This document shows, in pieces, positions 53,844 through 64,000 of a DNA stretch of 64,000 bases. Position 1 is the first letter of the stretch, and the number at the start of each line of letters is the position of its first letter. The DNA is taken from assembly GCA_951406725.2 (NCBI GenBank), contig OX597820.1, positions 112,840,001-112,904,000 of the forward strand. Reading direction: 5' to 3'. Source of the stretch: Octopus vulgaris (taxonomy: Eukaryota). The notes under the pieces are model-generated. The model worked only from the letters and a program-made list of their open reading frames with translations. It was not told where the DNA came from and made no database searches. The translations under genes and the position numbers were made by a program.

Positions 53844-54992
53844 AAGACCTCCACCATCCTCATCTCTTGGACCATATACCTACTCACTGATTACAGGTAA
53901 GTTCACCACCATCAATTCATCACAGAGAAAGTTCACTGTGAGGAAAGTTCACCGCAAAGAAAGTTTACCAAGAACATACATCCATAGCATCTCGCTATTA
54001 ATAGCTAAAAACTATTTTATTGAAAGAAAAAACAAAAAACCGGTGGAATGATGATGGAATAGCAAGCACATCAGCCAAAATGCTTAGTGGTTTTTTTTAC
54101 ATCATCCACTCATGGGTTGATAAAATAAAGTATCAGCCAAATACTAGAAGTGATGTAATCCACGAACTCCCCCCCCCCCTAAAATAGCTGGCTTATGCTA
54201 AAATTTAAAACAAAAAATAATAAACTTATTAGTTAAGCTAGAAGGGGCAGGACCCCTAATTCATATGATCTGGTCCGGGGTTAGGAATAAAATGCGAGAT
54301 AGGATTAGTAATAGGGACTTTGGGGTTAATGTTCATTTCAAATGTTGCATGTCACTTGGTGAAGGTGGTCAATAAAAATCTAGTGGTCAAAATGGCTACT
54401 CAACAGTCTAAGTAAATTCTGCCTATTAGGAGTTATAGTAGCTACCATGTATCAACTACAATAAGACTTTTCTGCCTCTAGTTATACCTCTTCCAGAATT
54501 TTAGTACATAGATTCAATCTTGTCATTCGGATGACAGTTCAAAGTTGTTTATATGGGGTAACTTTGCATTATGGAGTTGAACATACAATGTTCCTGTGAT
54601 TCAGACTACCTCATGGTCCAAGCAGACAAAATGGAAAAGGTGTTGTTCCAAAAGATAGCAAGTGAGATGCACTGGAACAGCCGCTCTGACTCATGGGGCT
54701 TGCACCTCTACCCCGATAGCAGTGAGCAGGATGTCTGGTTAGTTGACCATCATTAATTCAGCGCAGGGAAAGTTCACTGTCATCATTCCACCGGGTTTTC
54801 TGGGGGTTTTTTTCAATAAAATAGTTTTTAGCTATTAATAGTGAGATGCTATGGATGTATGTTCTTGGTAAACTTTCCTTGCGGTGAGCTTTCTTCACGG
54901 TGAACTTTCTCTGCAATGAATTGATGGTGGTGAACTTACCTGTAATCAGTGAGTAGGTATATGGTCCAAGAGATGAGGATGGTGGAGGTCTT
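53844..54992. repeat. ~210-bp inverted repeat pair separated by ~725 bp
   Basis: 53844-54054 vs 54780-54992; outer ~75 bp identical; arms contain ~15-bp AAAGTTCACC subrepeats; no TSD seen. Confidence 0.9.
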
Positions 54993-55191
54993 CACTGCCA
55001 CAGATTTGACCATAAACCTGTTAGAGAGTGACCAATACCATAACAATATACACAAGAAGTAAGTTTTGATGTGGTAAAAGGACTGAGAAAAAGACTTTAT
55101 GAGTTGGTTTGCAGTTGAGTTGAAGGACCCATTAAAGGGGATGAGAAGAAATAGAAACAGTGTGGTGTGAAAGTAAGGGATACAGAGTTAA

Positions 55192-55390
55192 GCCCTTAAC
55201 ATTTAGTTTACTCCGTCAAATGTAATGCTTATTTCTTCCCATTGTTTTCAATTAATCATGCATTATCTCATAGCTTTGAGATTTTGATGATGCAGTTGCA
55301 TATTTTTAGAATGAGATTGCAAGTTAGGTGTGAGAAGCCAGATCTGGTAGATTATTTGGGCCAGATATGACCAGTTTAAATGCTAAAGGG
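55192..55390. mobile_element. piggyBac-type MITE
   Basis: TTAA on both sides; imperfect TIR GCCCTTAACATTTA / TAAATGCTAAAGGG. Confidence 0.6.
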
Positions 55391-55604
55391 TTAAGCAGTT
55401 CAGTAGAGTTAAGGACCATTGTTGTCAGCCAGAGCAAGACAGGGAGATGAAACAGGCGAACAGAAGACTGTTTGTTGTAGGATCTTAAGGAGTGAAGGTT
55501 TGCATGGAGTTCAACATGAACACAAGATCTTCCTGGAGAAGATTTGCATATTTTCTTTTAGTAATTAGTGGATGTCAGCTGAGTTAAAAGTCGGGCTCAA
55601 AATT

Positions 55605-55654
55605 AGAAGAAGAAGAGGAATAGTAATAATAATAATAATACTAATAATAATAAC

Positions 55655-55692
<38 letters not shown>

Positions 55693-55878
55693 GAAGAAGA
55701 AGAAGAAGAAGAAGAAGGAGGAGGAGGAGGAGGGGTGACGAGGAGGAGGAGGAGGAGGAAGAAGATGTAAAGAAAAGAAGAAGAAAAAGGAGGAAGAAGA
55801 TTTAAACAAATGAAGAAGAAAAAGATGATGATGATGACGATGATAATGATCATCATGCTGATGATGATGATGATGATG
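55605..55878. repeat. (TAA)n-(GAA)n-(GGA)n-(GAT)n compound trinucleotide tract
   Basis: Directly visible. Confidence 0.95.
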
Positions 55879-56532
55879 AAATTTGTTAATATTTTGTTGC
55901 CTATTTGAGATAGATGAGTGAGAGGCGAGTCAACAACAATTTAAAGCAGCAATTGCACGTGATTTGCTCAGCGAACCTTCTCTCTTCTAACAACTCTGCT
56001 GTCACTCGACTGACATGTCACAACATCCGAACTGCTACGACATCCTGCCTTGACAGATTTTTCATTTATTTCTCCTCTGTAGAATGATCTAGAGGTTTCT
56101 TTAATCAATACATTTCTATATTTCATTTTTCGGAATCTCTTCACATCATTTGCAGTGGCCAGCCTCATCCAGCACCCCAACAACCTTCCCACCATGACCA
56201 CCACCACTGCCATTCTTTTTCTTCTCACTTGTCTTGTCCATGTTCCAACATGACTGCTGGTTCCCTTTAAAGTCTTTAAAGGATTCACTCAAATTTTGAG
56301 CTCTTTTTACATGTATACAAAATTCTTTGAGAATCAGTGTGGAAGTGCATGTATGGGAAGAGGTGTATGTACATGTATGTGTATATCTGTATGCATTTAT
56401 GTGTGGGGGGGCAATGTTGTGTTTGATTTTGTATGCACATATGAATGCGTGTGAGTAAATATTTGTGAATGAATGTGCATATGGATGTGCATGTGTGCAA
56501 TTGTGTTTCTTTTTGTATGTATACATGCATAT

Positions 56533-56675
56533 AGGCACAACCATGTGGTTGCTTCCCAACCACATGGTTCCAGATTCAGTGGCACAATGTGGGACCTTGG
56601 GCAAGTGCCTTCTACTATAGCCTTGGGATGACCAAAACCTTGTCAGTGGTAGATGGAAATTGAAAGAAGTCCATT
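56533..56675 (+). mobile_element. SINE-B 5' module, CpG-decayed
   Basis: CCAACCACATGGTTCCAGATTCAG...ACCTTGGGCAAGTG. Confidence 0.8.
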
Positions 56676-56678
56676 GTG

Positions 56679-56755
56679 TATGTAAAATATGTAAAATATG
56701 TAAAATATGTAAAATATGTAAAATATGTAAAATATGTAAAATATATATGTAAAAT
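56679..56755. repeat. 9-bp tandem repeat (TATGTAAAA)n
   Basis: About 7-8 consecutive units. Confidence 0.92.
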
Positions 56756-56767
56756 CGTGTGTGATCT

Positions 56768-57373
56768 GACAGGGGTATCACCTTCAAAACCAAGCTTAGT
56801 ATCTATGAATCTTGCATATTAACAGTTTTCCTGTACTCTTCTGGGACCTGAATGACATCGGCGCCACATCAAAGCTTTAAAAAGATTCCATCAGACTTGC
56901 CTAAGGAGAATACTAGACATCAAATGGAAGTCTTCAACGCTAGACACCGTTTCTCTTCAGCAAGCCAACACATCCAGTAGTGAAATGATCCTCATACACA
57001 ATCAGATGCGTTGAGTTGGGCACCTTGCTAGGATGCAGGATGACAGGTTGCCAAAGCAGTTGTTTTACGGGGAGGTTGCAGCGTGGCAAACGTCTGAGAC
57101 ATAAACCTAAGAAACGTTTTAGGGATGCTGTGAAAAGCAACTTTAATGTGAAAATTGAAGACTGGGAGCAGATGACACAAGATCGATCAGTTTGGAAACA
57201 AATGATCTACAATAGATGTAAAGCATTTGAAGCTCGAAGAATTGAACAATCTATCTTGAAACGAGCACTTCGTAGACGTGACTTAACAACAATCCCAGAA
57301 ACTCTTATTCTTTAAAATATTTGTAAGGTCAGCAGTAGGGTTTGTTTGTCAAGAGTAGGACTTGCTAATCATT

Positions 57374-57375
<2 letters not shown>
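56768..57375 (+). mobile_element. RTE-clade LINE 3' fragment
   Basis: Frames give TKLSIYESCIL, RFHQTCLRRILDIKW, GHLARMQDDRLPKQLFYGE, GKRLRHKPKKRFRDAVK...WEQMTQDRSVW; frameshifted. Confidence 0.9.
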
Positions 57376-57404
<29 letters not shown>

Positions 57405-57416
57405 TCTACATATATA

Positions 57417-57782
57417 TCATCGTCATCATCTTTTACCGACCGCTTTCCATGATGGCATGGGTTGGACGGTTTGACTGAGACTGGCAAACGAGGGGGCTGC
57501 ACCAAGCTTCAATCTGCTCTGCCAAGGTTTCTTCAGCTGGATGTCCTCCCTAACGCCAACCACTCCAGGAGCGGAGTGGGCCCTTTTTACGTGCCACCGA
57601 CACGGGGCTAGTCAAGCGGCATTGGCAATGACCACGCTCGAATAGTGCTTTTTACGTGTCACCGGCATGGGAGCCAGTCAGGCGGCACTGGCATCGACCA
57701 GGCTCGAATGGTGCTTTTCTTGCGCCACCGGCGCGGGTGCAAGTCAGGCAGCTCTAGCATCGACCACACTCGAATGGTGTTA
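57417..57782 (-). mobile_element. Retroposon 3' end with three ~66-bp internal tandem units
   Basis: (CAT)n end; GGATGTCCTCCCTAACGCCAACC; units TTTTTACGTGCCACCG...CTCGAAT(A/G)GTG starting at ~57584, ~57649 and ~57715. Confidence 0.75.
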
Positions 57783-57794
57783 TGTCACTGTGTG

Positions 57795-58005
57795 CGCCTT
57801 TGTGCCCCACCACCACTTGACAACCGGTGTTGGTATGTTTACATCCCCATAACTTCGCAATTCGGCAAAAGAGACCGATAATACAGGTACCAGGCTTTAA
57901 AGGGAAAAAAAGGGTCCTGGGGTCGATTCATTTAACTAAAATCTTTCAAGGCAGTGCTCCAGCATGGCCACAGTCTAATGACTGAAACAAGATATAAAAT
58001 AAAAG
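57795..58005 (+). mobile_element. SINE-B 3' module
   Basis: TTGACAACCGGTGTTGG...GCTCCAGCATGGCCACAGTC...GACTGAAACAAG. Confidence 0.82.
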
Positions 58006-58457
58006 TTACATGCGTGTGTGTGTGTGTGTGCATGACTGTGCATGTGTGAATACACAAATGAAGCTGTGTGTTTGTGTGCATGGGTGCACTGATGGGTTTC
58101 TGCCTGTCCACATGCATACATGTGCATGTGAGTGCATGTCTATGCACAAATGACATTGTGTGTGTGTGCGCGCATGTGTATATGCATGCGTCTGTGTGTG
58201 TTTCTGTGCAATGACATGTGATTTTTTTGTGTACATGTATACATGTGCGTGGATGCATGTGTGAATGTAGAGTGTGCATGCGTGCGTGTAATGATGTTTT
58301 CCTGCATCCGTATATGTACATGATTATATATGAGTGTGCATGTGTGAATACATATATGAGGGTGTGTGTGAATGTGTCTGTATGCGTGTGTACATTTATT
58401 AGTGTGTCTGTGTATATATGCCAGCATGTACTTGCTTTAGCATCTATGAGTCTCCAT

Positions 58458-60939
58458 TTGAGTGGCCCTTAGCAATAGGTAATTTTTCGAAAGCTACAAT
58501 TTTTGCTGCTCCCACCCACTAATCATGTTCCAATAAACAAAATAATGGGGTGTGCAAAATTTCAGCTTAATCAGACAACTGCTAGGCGACACTCAAATAC
58601 CTTGAAGTTGGAACATAGTATACACAATGAATAATTCTTTTTAAAAGCGGCATACTGTTCCCTTTCTCCACCATTTTCTTTTTTTTTTTTCTTCTTCTTA
58701 GAGAAAATTATGTGGACACATCCAGGCAACCCCAGCAGATGTTTAAAACGTTCTGAATCAAATTTACCCATATTTGATTTGAAAAATTCCTGAAATAAGA
58801 TGAAAAACGTAAGAAATATTAGGTTTTCTTAATAAAGAACACAAGAAGCGCATTTTTATTTACAACAATAAATTCTGTAAAACCAAAAACATAATGTGAA
58901 CGCCGAACACTGAATATTGAACATTATTTTTTGCATAAGAGTGGATTTAGTGGTAGTTGGGTATGTTTTACAGTTTTCGGTAATGATCGGTTAAACAAAT
59001 CGTTTCTCAGTTCCATCGTTTGTGAGAATGTTATTGTAATCCGGAATGAGTTTGACCCCTCTTTCTCTAACATCATTCACAACTACTGTCTTCTCAAGTT
59101 TCTCAAGTCTACTTTTGTAACTAGGATCATCCTTCCCCGTTGAAAGGTTTTTTGTCGAGGAAATCGGTGCTGATAGAAAATCTCGTGAAGCAAGTTTTTG
59201 TACCAAGAATTACAAAAGACGAAAACTCGATGTTTGCAAAGAAAGAAAAGTCATTTTGGTGCAGTTGAATTTTTTCTTCTTCCTCCTCTTCACCTTTGTT
59301 TGCTTCCAACATAACTTGAGCAATATTCGCCTTCATCTCTGTTGGAACATTGTCATCAAATATGGATAGAACCACAGTTTCGGGAGCTAAGTACCAGAGA
59401 TGAATGGAAAATTTTTTCGCAGCAGCCTTACTGATTTCTTGATCAATATTCTGATAATTTATCAGTTGACATGAATAGGAAATCTTGATGAGGTGCTTTA
59501 ATTACTTCCGATGACAAAAACCAGGCTCGAACATACACTTGAGCAAGAAAATACATATTCTTCTTAAAGGGTTCTTCTCCCCACGAGATAACTGAAATTG
59601 ATCTTGAAACAGGTATATCTTGAATGCGTAAGTTGCTTTTGGCATCCACCTAGCATGACTGGTGTACGAAACGATATCCCGTTCATCGGAATGCTGCCAA
59701 GAAAGGTCATCATTAACTCCAACAGTTCTCGGTAATCATTTCGCTATTGTTTCTGCGTAGAAAGGATGGTATTCAAGAAATCCAAGAATGGTAGAGCGGA
59801 CATCATCAGGCACTTCATTGCTACCAGTTATGTAAACCTTCTTGTTGAGTTTCGTCCAGGTTTGTTTAAATCTTTTGAAAACCACCATGTCTGGACCAGA
59901 AGTTGCACCCATCAGTGAGTCAAAACAGCTCCTAAAATCTAACTAAAAAATGTGATGACAGCAAGGGAAGTACAACAGGTCGCGATTGAACAACTTTTCT
60001 TGATTTGTACTGGCACCATTCACTCGACCTGTGTTGCTTGCTGTTGTATCACATCAAAGTGTCTGAATTTTGTCGATTATACCCCAGTTCTCCACTGCTT
60101 GGTAAACAGCCATGGCTTGCTGTTCTCTTGAAGACGTTGGAATTTCAGAGACTCCCAACAATTGCTCCTTGCCTTAAAGAATTACTGTTATTGCCAGTCT
60201 ATTAACCTTTTCAACGCCTGTGAGTGCTGGGAGTAGCTTTCCATCTTAGTGCAACACTTAATTCTTGACAGTCATTTAGGTTAGATTTGTGCTGTATTTC
60301 TGTCTCGCTTCTCTAAGGCATTGATGATAAGTATACAAAGCACGTAACATTATAGAAACGATCGGTACTACAAGTTTGTCAGGGCTACCAACAAAACATG
60401 GGAAGATCTATATCAATGCGCCACAACAAAATGAATGAGTGCTTACAAGTTATTACAAATAAATTAACAAACGTTGACAAATCATATTAGTTCACTGCTT
60501 ATCGCGAACATATTTCTTGATATTTTTATTTCTCAACACTAACATTAGGTGCAGTACAGTTCTTTCAACGGACGAACGTAGCTCACAACCTCACTCGCTC
60601 ACGGCTGGCCGCCGACTGGATGACGGCGAAAAATAGGTGGTCTGTCCCCAGCTTTGCAAGTTGCTTTCCCCATTATATTTATTGTCACTTTTTCTTCTAT
60701 TACCAAGAATAAGTCTGAACAAGTTTTTAACTCAAGAGAAAATTAAATAAGAGATTAAAAAAAATTATCTGTAAAAATGACTTTCTGGGTAAAAATTTCA
60801 AAATTTTATGGTCGATGAGGTTCGCCTTGCGTTGTTCGACTGAGCTGAAATTTTGCATAGATTGTCTTTTTGTTAATTGGAACAAAATAGTGGGGTGGGA
60901 GCTAAACTTTTAGAAAGTTGAAAAATAAGGGCCACTCTA
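58458..60939 (-). mobile_element. Decayed hAT-superfamily DNA transposon (probably hATm-like)
   Basis: Inverted ends GAGTGGCCCTTA plus a subterminal inverted block CTCCCACCC...TGTTCCAAT; possible degenerate 8-bp TSD GTCTCCAT/GTGTGCTT; transposase remnants on minus strand. Confidence 0.8.
58930..60270 (-). pseudogene. hAT-type transposase remnant
   Basis: DTTASNTGRVNGA...LLYFPCCHHIF, VYVRAWF...APHQDFLF, HLWYLAPETVVLSIFDDNV, VVNDVRERGVKLI; multiple stops and frameshifts. Confidence 0.82.
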
Positions 60940-61045
60940 GTGTGCTTGCATGTACAACACTTTATATATAGAGTTATGTGTGTGTGTGTGTGTGTAGGTA
61001 TGTACATATGAGTGTGTAAGTATGTGTGCATGTTTATATACATAA

Positions 61046-61088
<43 letters not shown>

Positions 61089-61846
61089 TATATTTGTGTT
61101 GCAAGATTCCTGATATGAAATGGTGTGTTGAAACAGATATTGTATTTCGGGACGGTCATTTTTTTCTTTTTTGCCAACTAAACACACGCACTATATATTT
61201 GTTCTTCACTCGTTTATTACTGTTTTTATTTAAATTCATGTCCATTTCCGGTAATTTTTCATCACACATCTGTGACCTCTTCAGCGACACTTCGTTTTCG
61301 TGTGTGCTCTTGCTCCACTTACTCCATTCTGATCTTCTATGAGGTGTGTCCTTATGTGCACATACGTTTGCGTCGTGTGTGTGTGTCTGCTTGTGTATGT
61401 GTCATTGTTCTTAGCAGCAGTATGGCCTTCCTCTCAGCCTCATCCTCTCACCCCGTTGTCGCTGCTGTCCTAGGACCCCCAAAATTTAGTACAGTTCCTC
61501 TATCTCTCTATGTTTGTGTGGAAGATGAACTCAGCGGAGTCAGTAACCATCCAATAATGGGTACATATATGCAATAAATACCTTTAGTGGGTTGTTTGAA
61601 TTTCATTCAAGTGAAGCATAGAAGAAAGCTTCATCTTCAAAGCTTCGAAGTGAGTGGAAGCAGGTCAATGAGAACAACTAATGCAGATGGCCACATAATG
61701 TCATGTTAGGCTAGAAGCCATGATGCACGGTAAACATCCAGAATAAACTTACCCATCCATAGAACTGCATTTCCACCTAGCTCCTAACACCTTGGCTGTT
61801 TTTTTTCTTTTCATCTCAACTTTTTTTTTAACTCATCCCATGCATA

Positions 61847-61880
61847 TTTTCTGATGAAGGACTAATGTCCGAAATTTTAG
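61847..61880 (+). ncRNA. Hammerhead core remnant (canonical CUGAUGA...GAAA)
   Basis: CTGATGA-A-GGAC-TAAT-GTCC-GAAA; stems I and III poorly preserved; upstream of (TA)n. Confidence 0.5.
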
Positions 61881-61947
61881 GGCTCTTTCTTTTAACTTCT
61901 ACTGTCTCGCTTGTGCTATCCTTTATTCGTTTTGTTCACTATATTTC

Positions 61948-62032
<85 letters not shown>

Positions 62033-62039
62033 GAATTCA

Positions 62040-62209
62040 TTAAAAAAAAAGACGAAGACAGGTGGTGTAGACAACAAACAGATGTATTAGTATAACGCTC
62101 GGGAAGCGAAAAAGTCTTTAACGTTTCGAGCCTACGCTCTTCCACAGAAAGGAATACAGAAAGAAACAAGGAGAGAAAATAAAGAATATGTAGTGGCTAG
62201 CAATCTATC

Positions 62210-62210
<1 letters not shown>
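62040..62210 (-). mobile_element. PLE-derived short repeat family 2
   Basis: Matches 21400-21577; motif CTTT-CTGTGGA-A-GAGC-GTAG-GCTC-GAAA-CG-TT-AAAG at 62116-62151. Confidence 0.78.
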
Positions 62211-62239
<29 letters not shown>

Positions 62240-62243
<4 letters not shown>

Positions 62244-62443
62244 CCAAACAAGAAAACACAAAAACACAAAAAAGCACAACAACGCGAGGACGTGGAACAA
62301 ATAAAGTATTATTGGACGCTCAGGAAAGAAGGGAAGAAGGAGGGTTTGACGTTTCGAGCGGAGCTCTTCGTCGGAAACATAGAAGAAGGAAAGATCTCGA
62401 GAAGGGAAGACAGAGGAAAAAAATCGTCAGTGGTACTCACGGT
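62240..62443 (-). mobile_element. PLE-derived short repeat family 1
   Basis: Matches 37148-37356; motif GTTT-CCGACGA-A-GAGC-TCC-GCTC-GAAA-CG-TC-AAAC at 62344-62378. Confidence 0.78.
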
Positions 62444-63059
62444 GTGTTGAAAGAATGAGGAAGGGAGTATTCATTGCATATTGTAGAGAATATGTCTTTT
62501 TTTAAACTTAATAGTTATCTCAGGTTTTGAATTTCATGTTGCTGTGATCTTATGTTACAAGAGAAGATCACAGTGGCAAGAAATTTAAGTTAGAATGAGG
62601 TGCAGCTGTTTATTTTATTGTTTTGTATGTGTCTGCTGATTGGTTTTATTTCGTCTTCGTTGATTGGATATTATTTTACTGGCTCTTGATTGGCTGGGGG
62701 TTTTCTTTTTGCAGCCTGGTGTAATTTTTGTTGACTTTGGATGTTTGTATTCCGTTTTGCTGTTTATTTTTATTGGATTTATGAAGAAATTTGTGTTAAC
62801 AGTGCACTAGTTATTTGCTGAATTTATCAGTTAATCTATGTTTGTTTATAGTCAGGTCTGTTTCTTTCATTTAAACGATATAATCTAGTTCATGCAAAAA
62901 TTTGGTAACGTTTCTTATTGAATTTCGTAGATGCTGATAAAAGAATTCATAGTTGAGTGAGGTTTCGTGGATTGACTTTGTTAAAGTGCGTTTGAATTTT
63001 CTTCAGATCAAGATTAAAGAGTTTAACGTCTCTTTAATGGAACTGCAGCAGCATCAACT

Positions 63060-63960
63060 GGTTTTGTGATATCAGGAACAAAGAAGCCTAAAAATTTTAC
63101 CCACTTTGTATCGTGAGTGTCAACCCTTCAGTGTATCGAAATCTCACCTTTGGCAAGTTCTAGACTTCGAGAGGCAATATATTACAATTAACAACCTCGG
63201 TACTAAAATAGTTATGAACGCTATGAATTTACTATTATACCATCACGATTCGTACTAGGTTAGAAAGGAGGCAGCCGTTTATTCGACATCTTCATGGAAA
63301 ACTAAAGGCGGCTGAGGTCGCAGTCCTTGTTGAATCACTGATAATGGATAGTCTCGTGAATGCACATCACCCCAAGGCTTAGAGCTGTACACAGATGAGT
63401 GGCTAGTGATTTCAAGAAAGATGAATGAACACATTATGGACAAATTTAGAAAGAACTTATGGTTTAAAAATAACCATCATGACAACCCAAACCACATCAA
63501 CCTCTTGGGAATTACACTGGACCTTACGACTGGCAAATGTTATCCTTAAATAATGTTTAGAAGAGACTGTATACAGAATTTTAGCTACCGAGAAACTATA
63601 ATTAGAAATGTTGTGAAATATATAATCTCTCCTCAGATAGAGATATCTTTAACATAGCCACAACCCATTACTATAGAGATCCAGGAAAAGTGACTTTAAG
63701 AGAAATTAGCACATATGGAGAATCTCCAAACCCACCTTAAATGAGAGTTGAGGAAAAAATGCCCTTGTTTAATCCCCCCATTCGATTTTGATGTCTTCAC
63801 TAACATAGTTATGAATATCTTGTCTCTAATTAAATATCGGCTTTGAAGCAAGTACATGTATCATAAACTCTTTATTACACATAAGGTTATGGTGAGCTGT
63901 AATTTCCTAAATAATATCGCATGTAACAACAGGAGAAATGCTTTATTCTACATTATTTCG
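63060..63960 (+). mobile_element. Decayed Penelope-like element RT region
   Basis: Frames give LFDIFM, AEVAVLVESLIMDSL, LYTDEWLVI (decayed YRDD-type motif), YGLKITI, NLLGITLDLTTGKCYP, LFNPPFDFDVFTNI. Confidence 0.72.
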
Positions 63961-64000
63961 AAAGAAAACAAAGAAGGAGGAAGACCCCAAAACATTCAAA

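Noticed and set aside
55572-55805. Ile/Arg/Glu-run ORF resembling a membrane or nuclear protein
   Set aside because: Product of adjacent TAA, GAA and GGA triplet tracts.
57584-57782. CRISPR-like periodicity (~66 bp)
   Set aside because: Whole units are similar to each other with no unique spacers; no cas genes; eukaryotic context.

Overview
Eukaryotic, AT-rich, extremely repeat-dense non-coding DNA. I find no credible host protein-coding gene: nearly all ORFs in the track are microsatellite translations (YI, HT, CV, MYVC repeats), and the rest are decayed transposon ORFs. The SINE families and microsatellite load most resemble an octopod cephalopod (Octopus); this is my inference from recognising the repeats, not a database result. 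Contents: four tRNA-head SINE families (labelled A-D here), L1/Tx1, R4/Dong-like (RLE) and RTE LINE remnants, several Penelope-like element (PLE) remnants, an internally deleted mariner, a decayed hAT-type transposon, Merlin-, piggyBac- and hAT-type MITEs, and non-autonomous Helitrons. The most notable signals are: (1) about 11 type I hammerhead-ribozyme-like motifs in short PLE-derived repeats next to (TA)n tracts, including recurring non-canonical cores (CUGUNGA, CCGAYGA); (2) many long inverted repeats, several built from these elements; (3) SINE-A multimers joined at an identical junction and carrying an L1/Tx1-like tail; (4) an L1/Tx1 LINE whose 5' end is a tRNA-SINE head; (5) a locally templated double inverted duplication at 30.3-30.6 kb; (6) a dense NRF1/ETS/CCAAT/E2F/TATA motif cluster at 42.2-42.7 kb. 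All coordinates were read by eye and may be off by a few bases.
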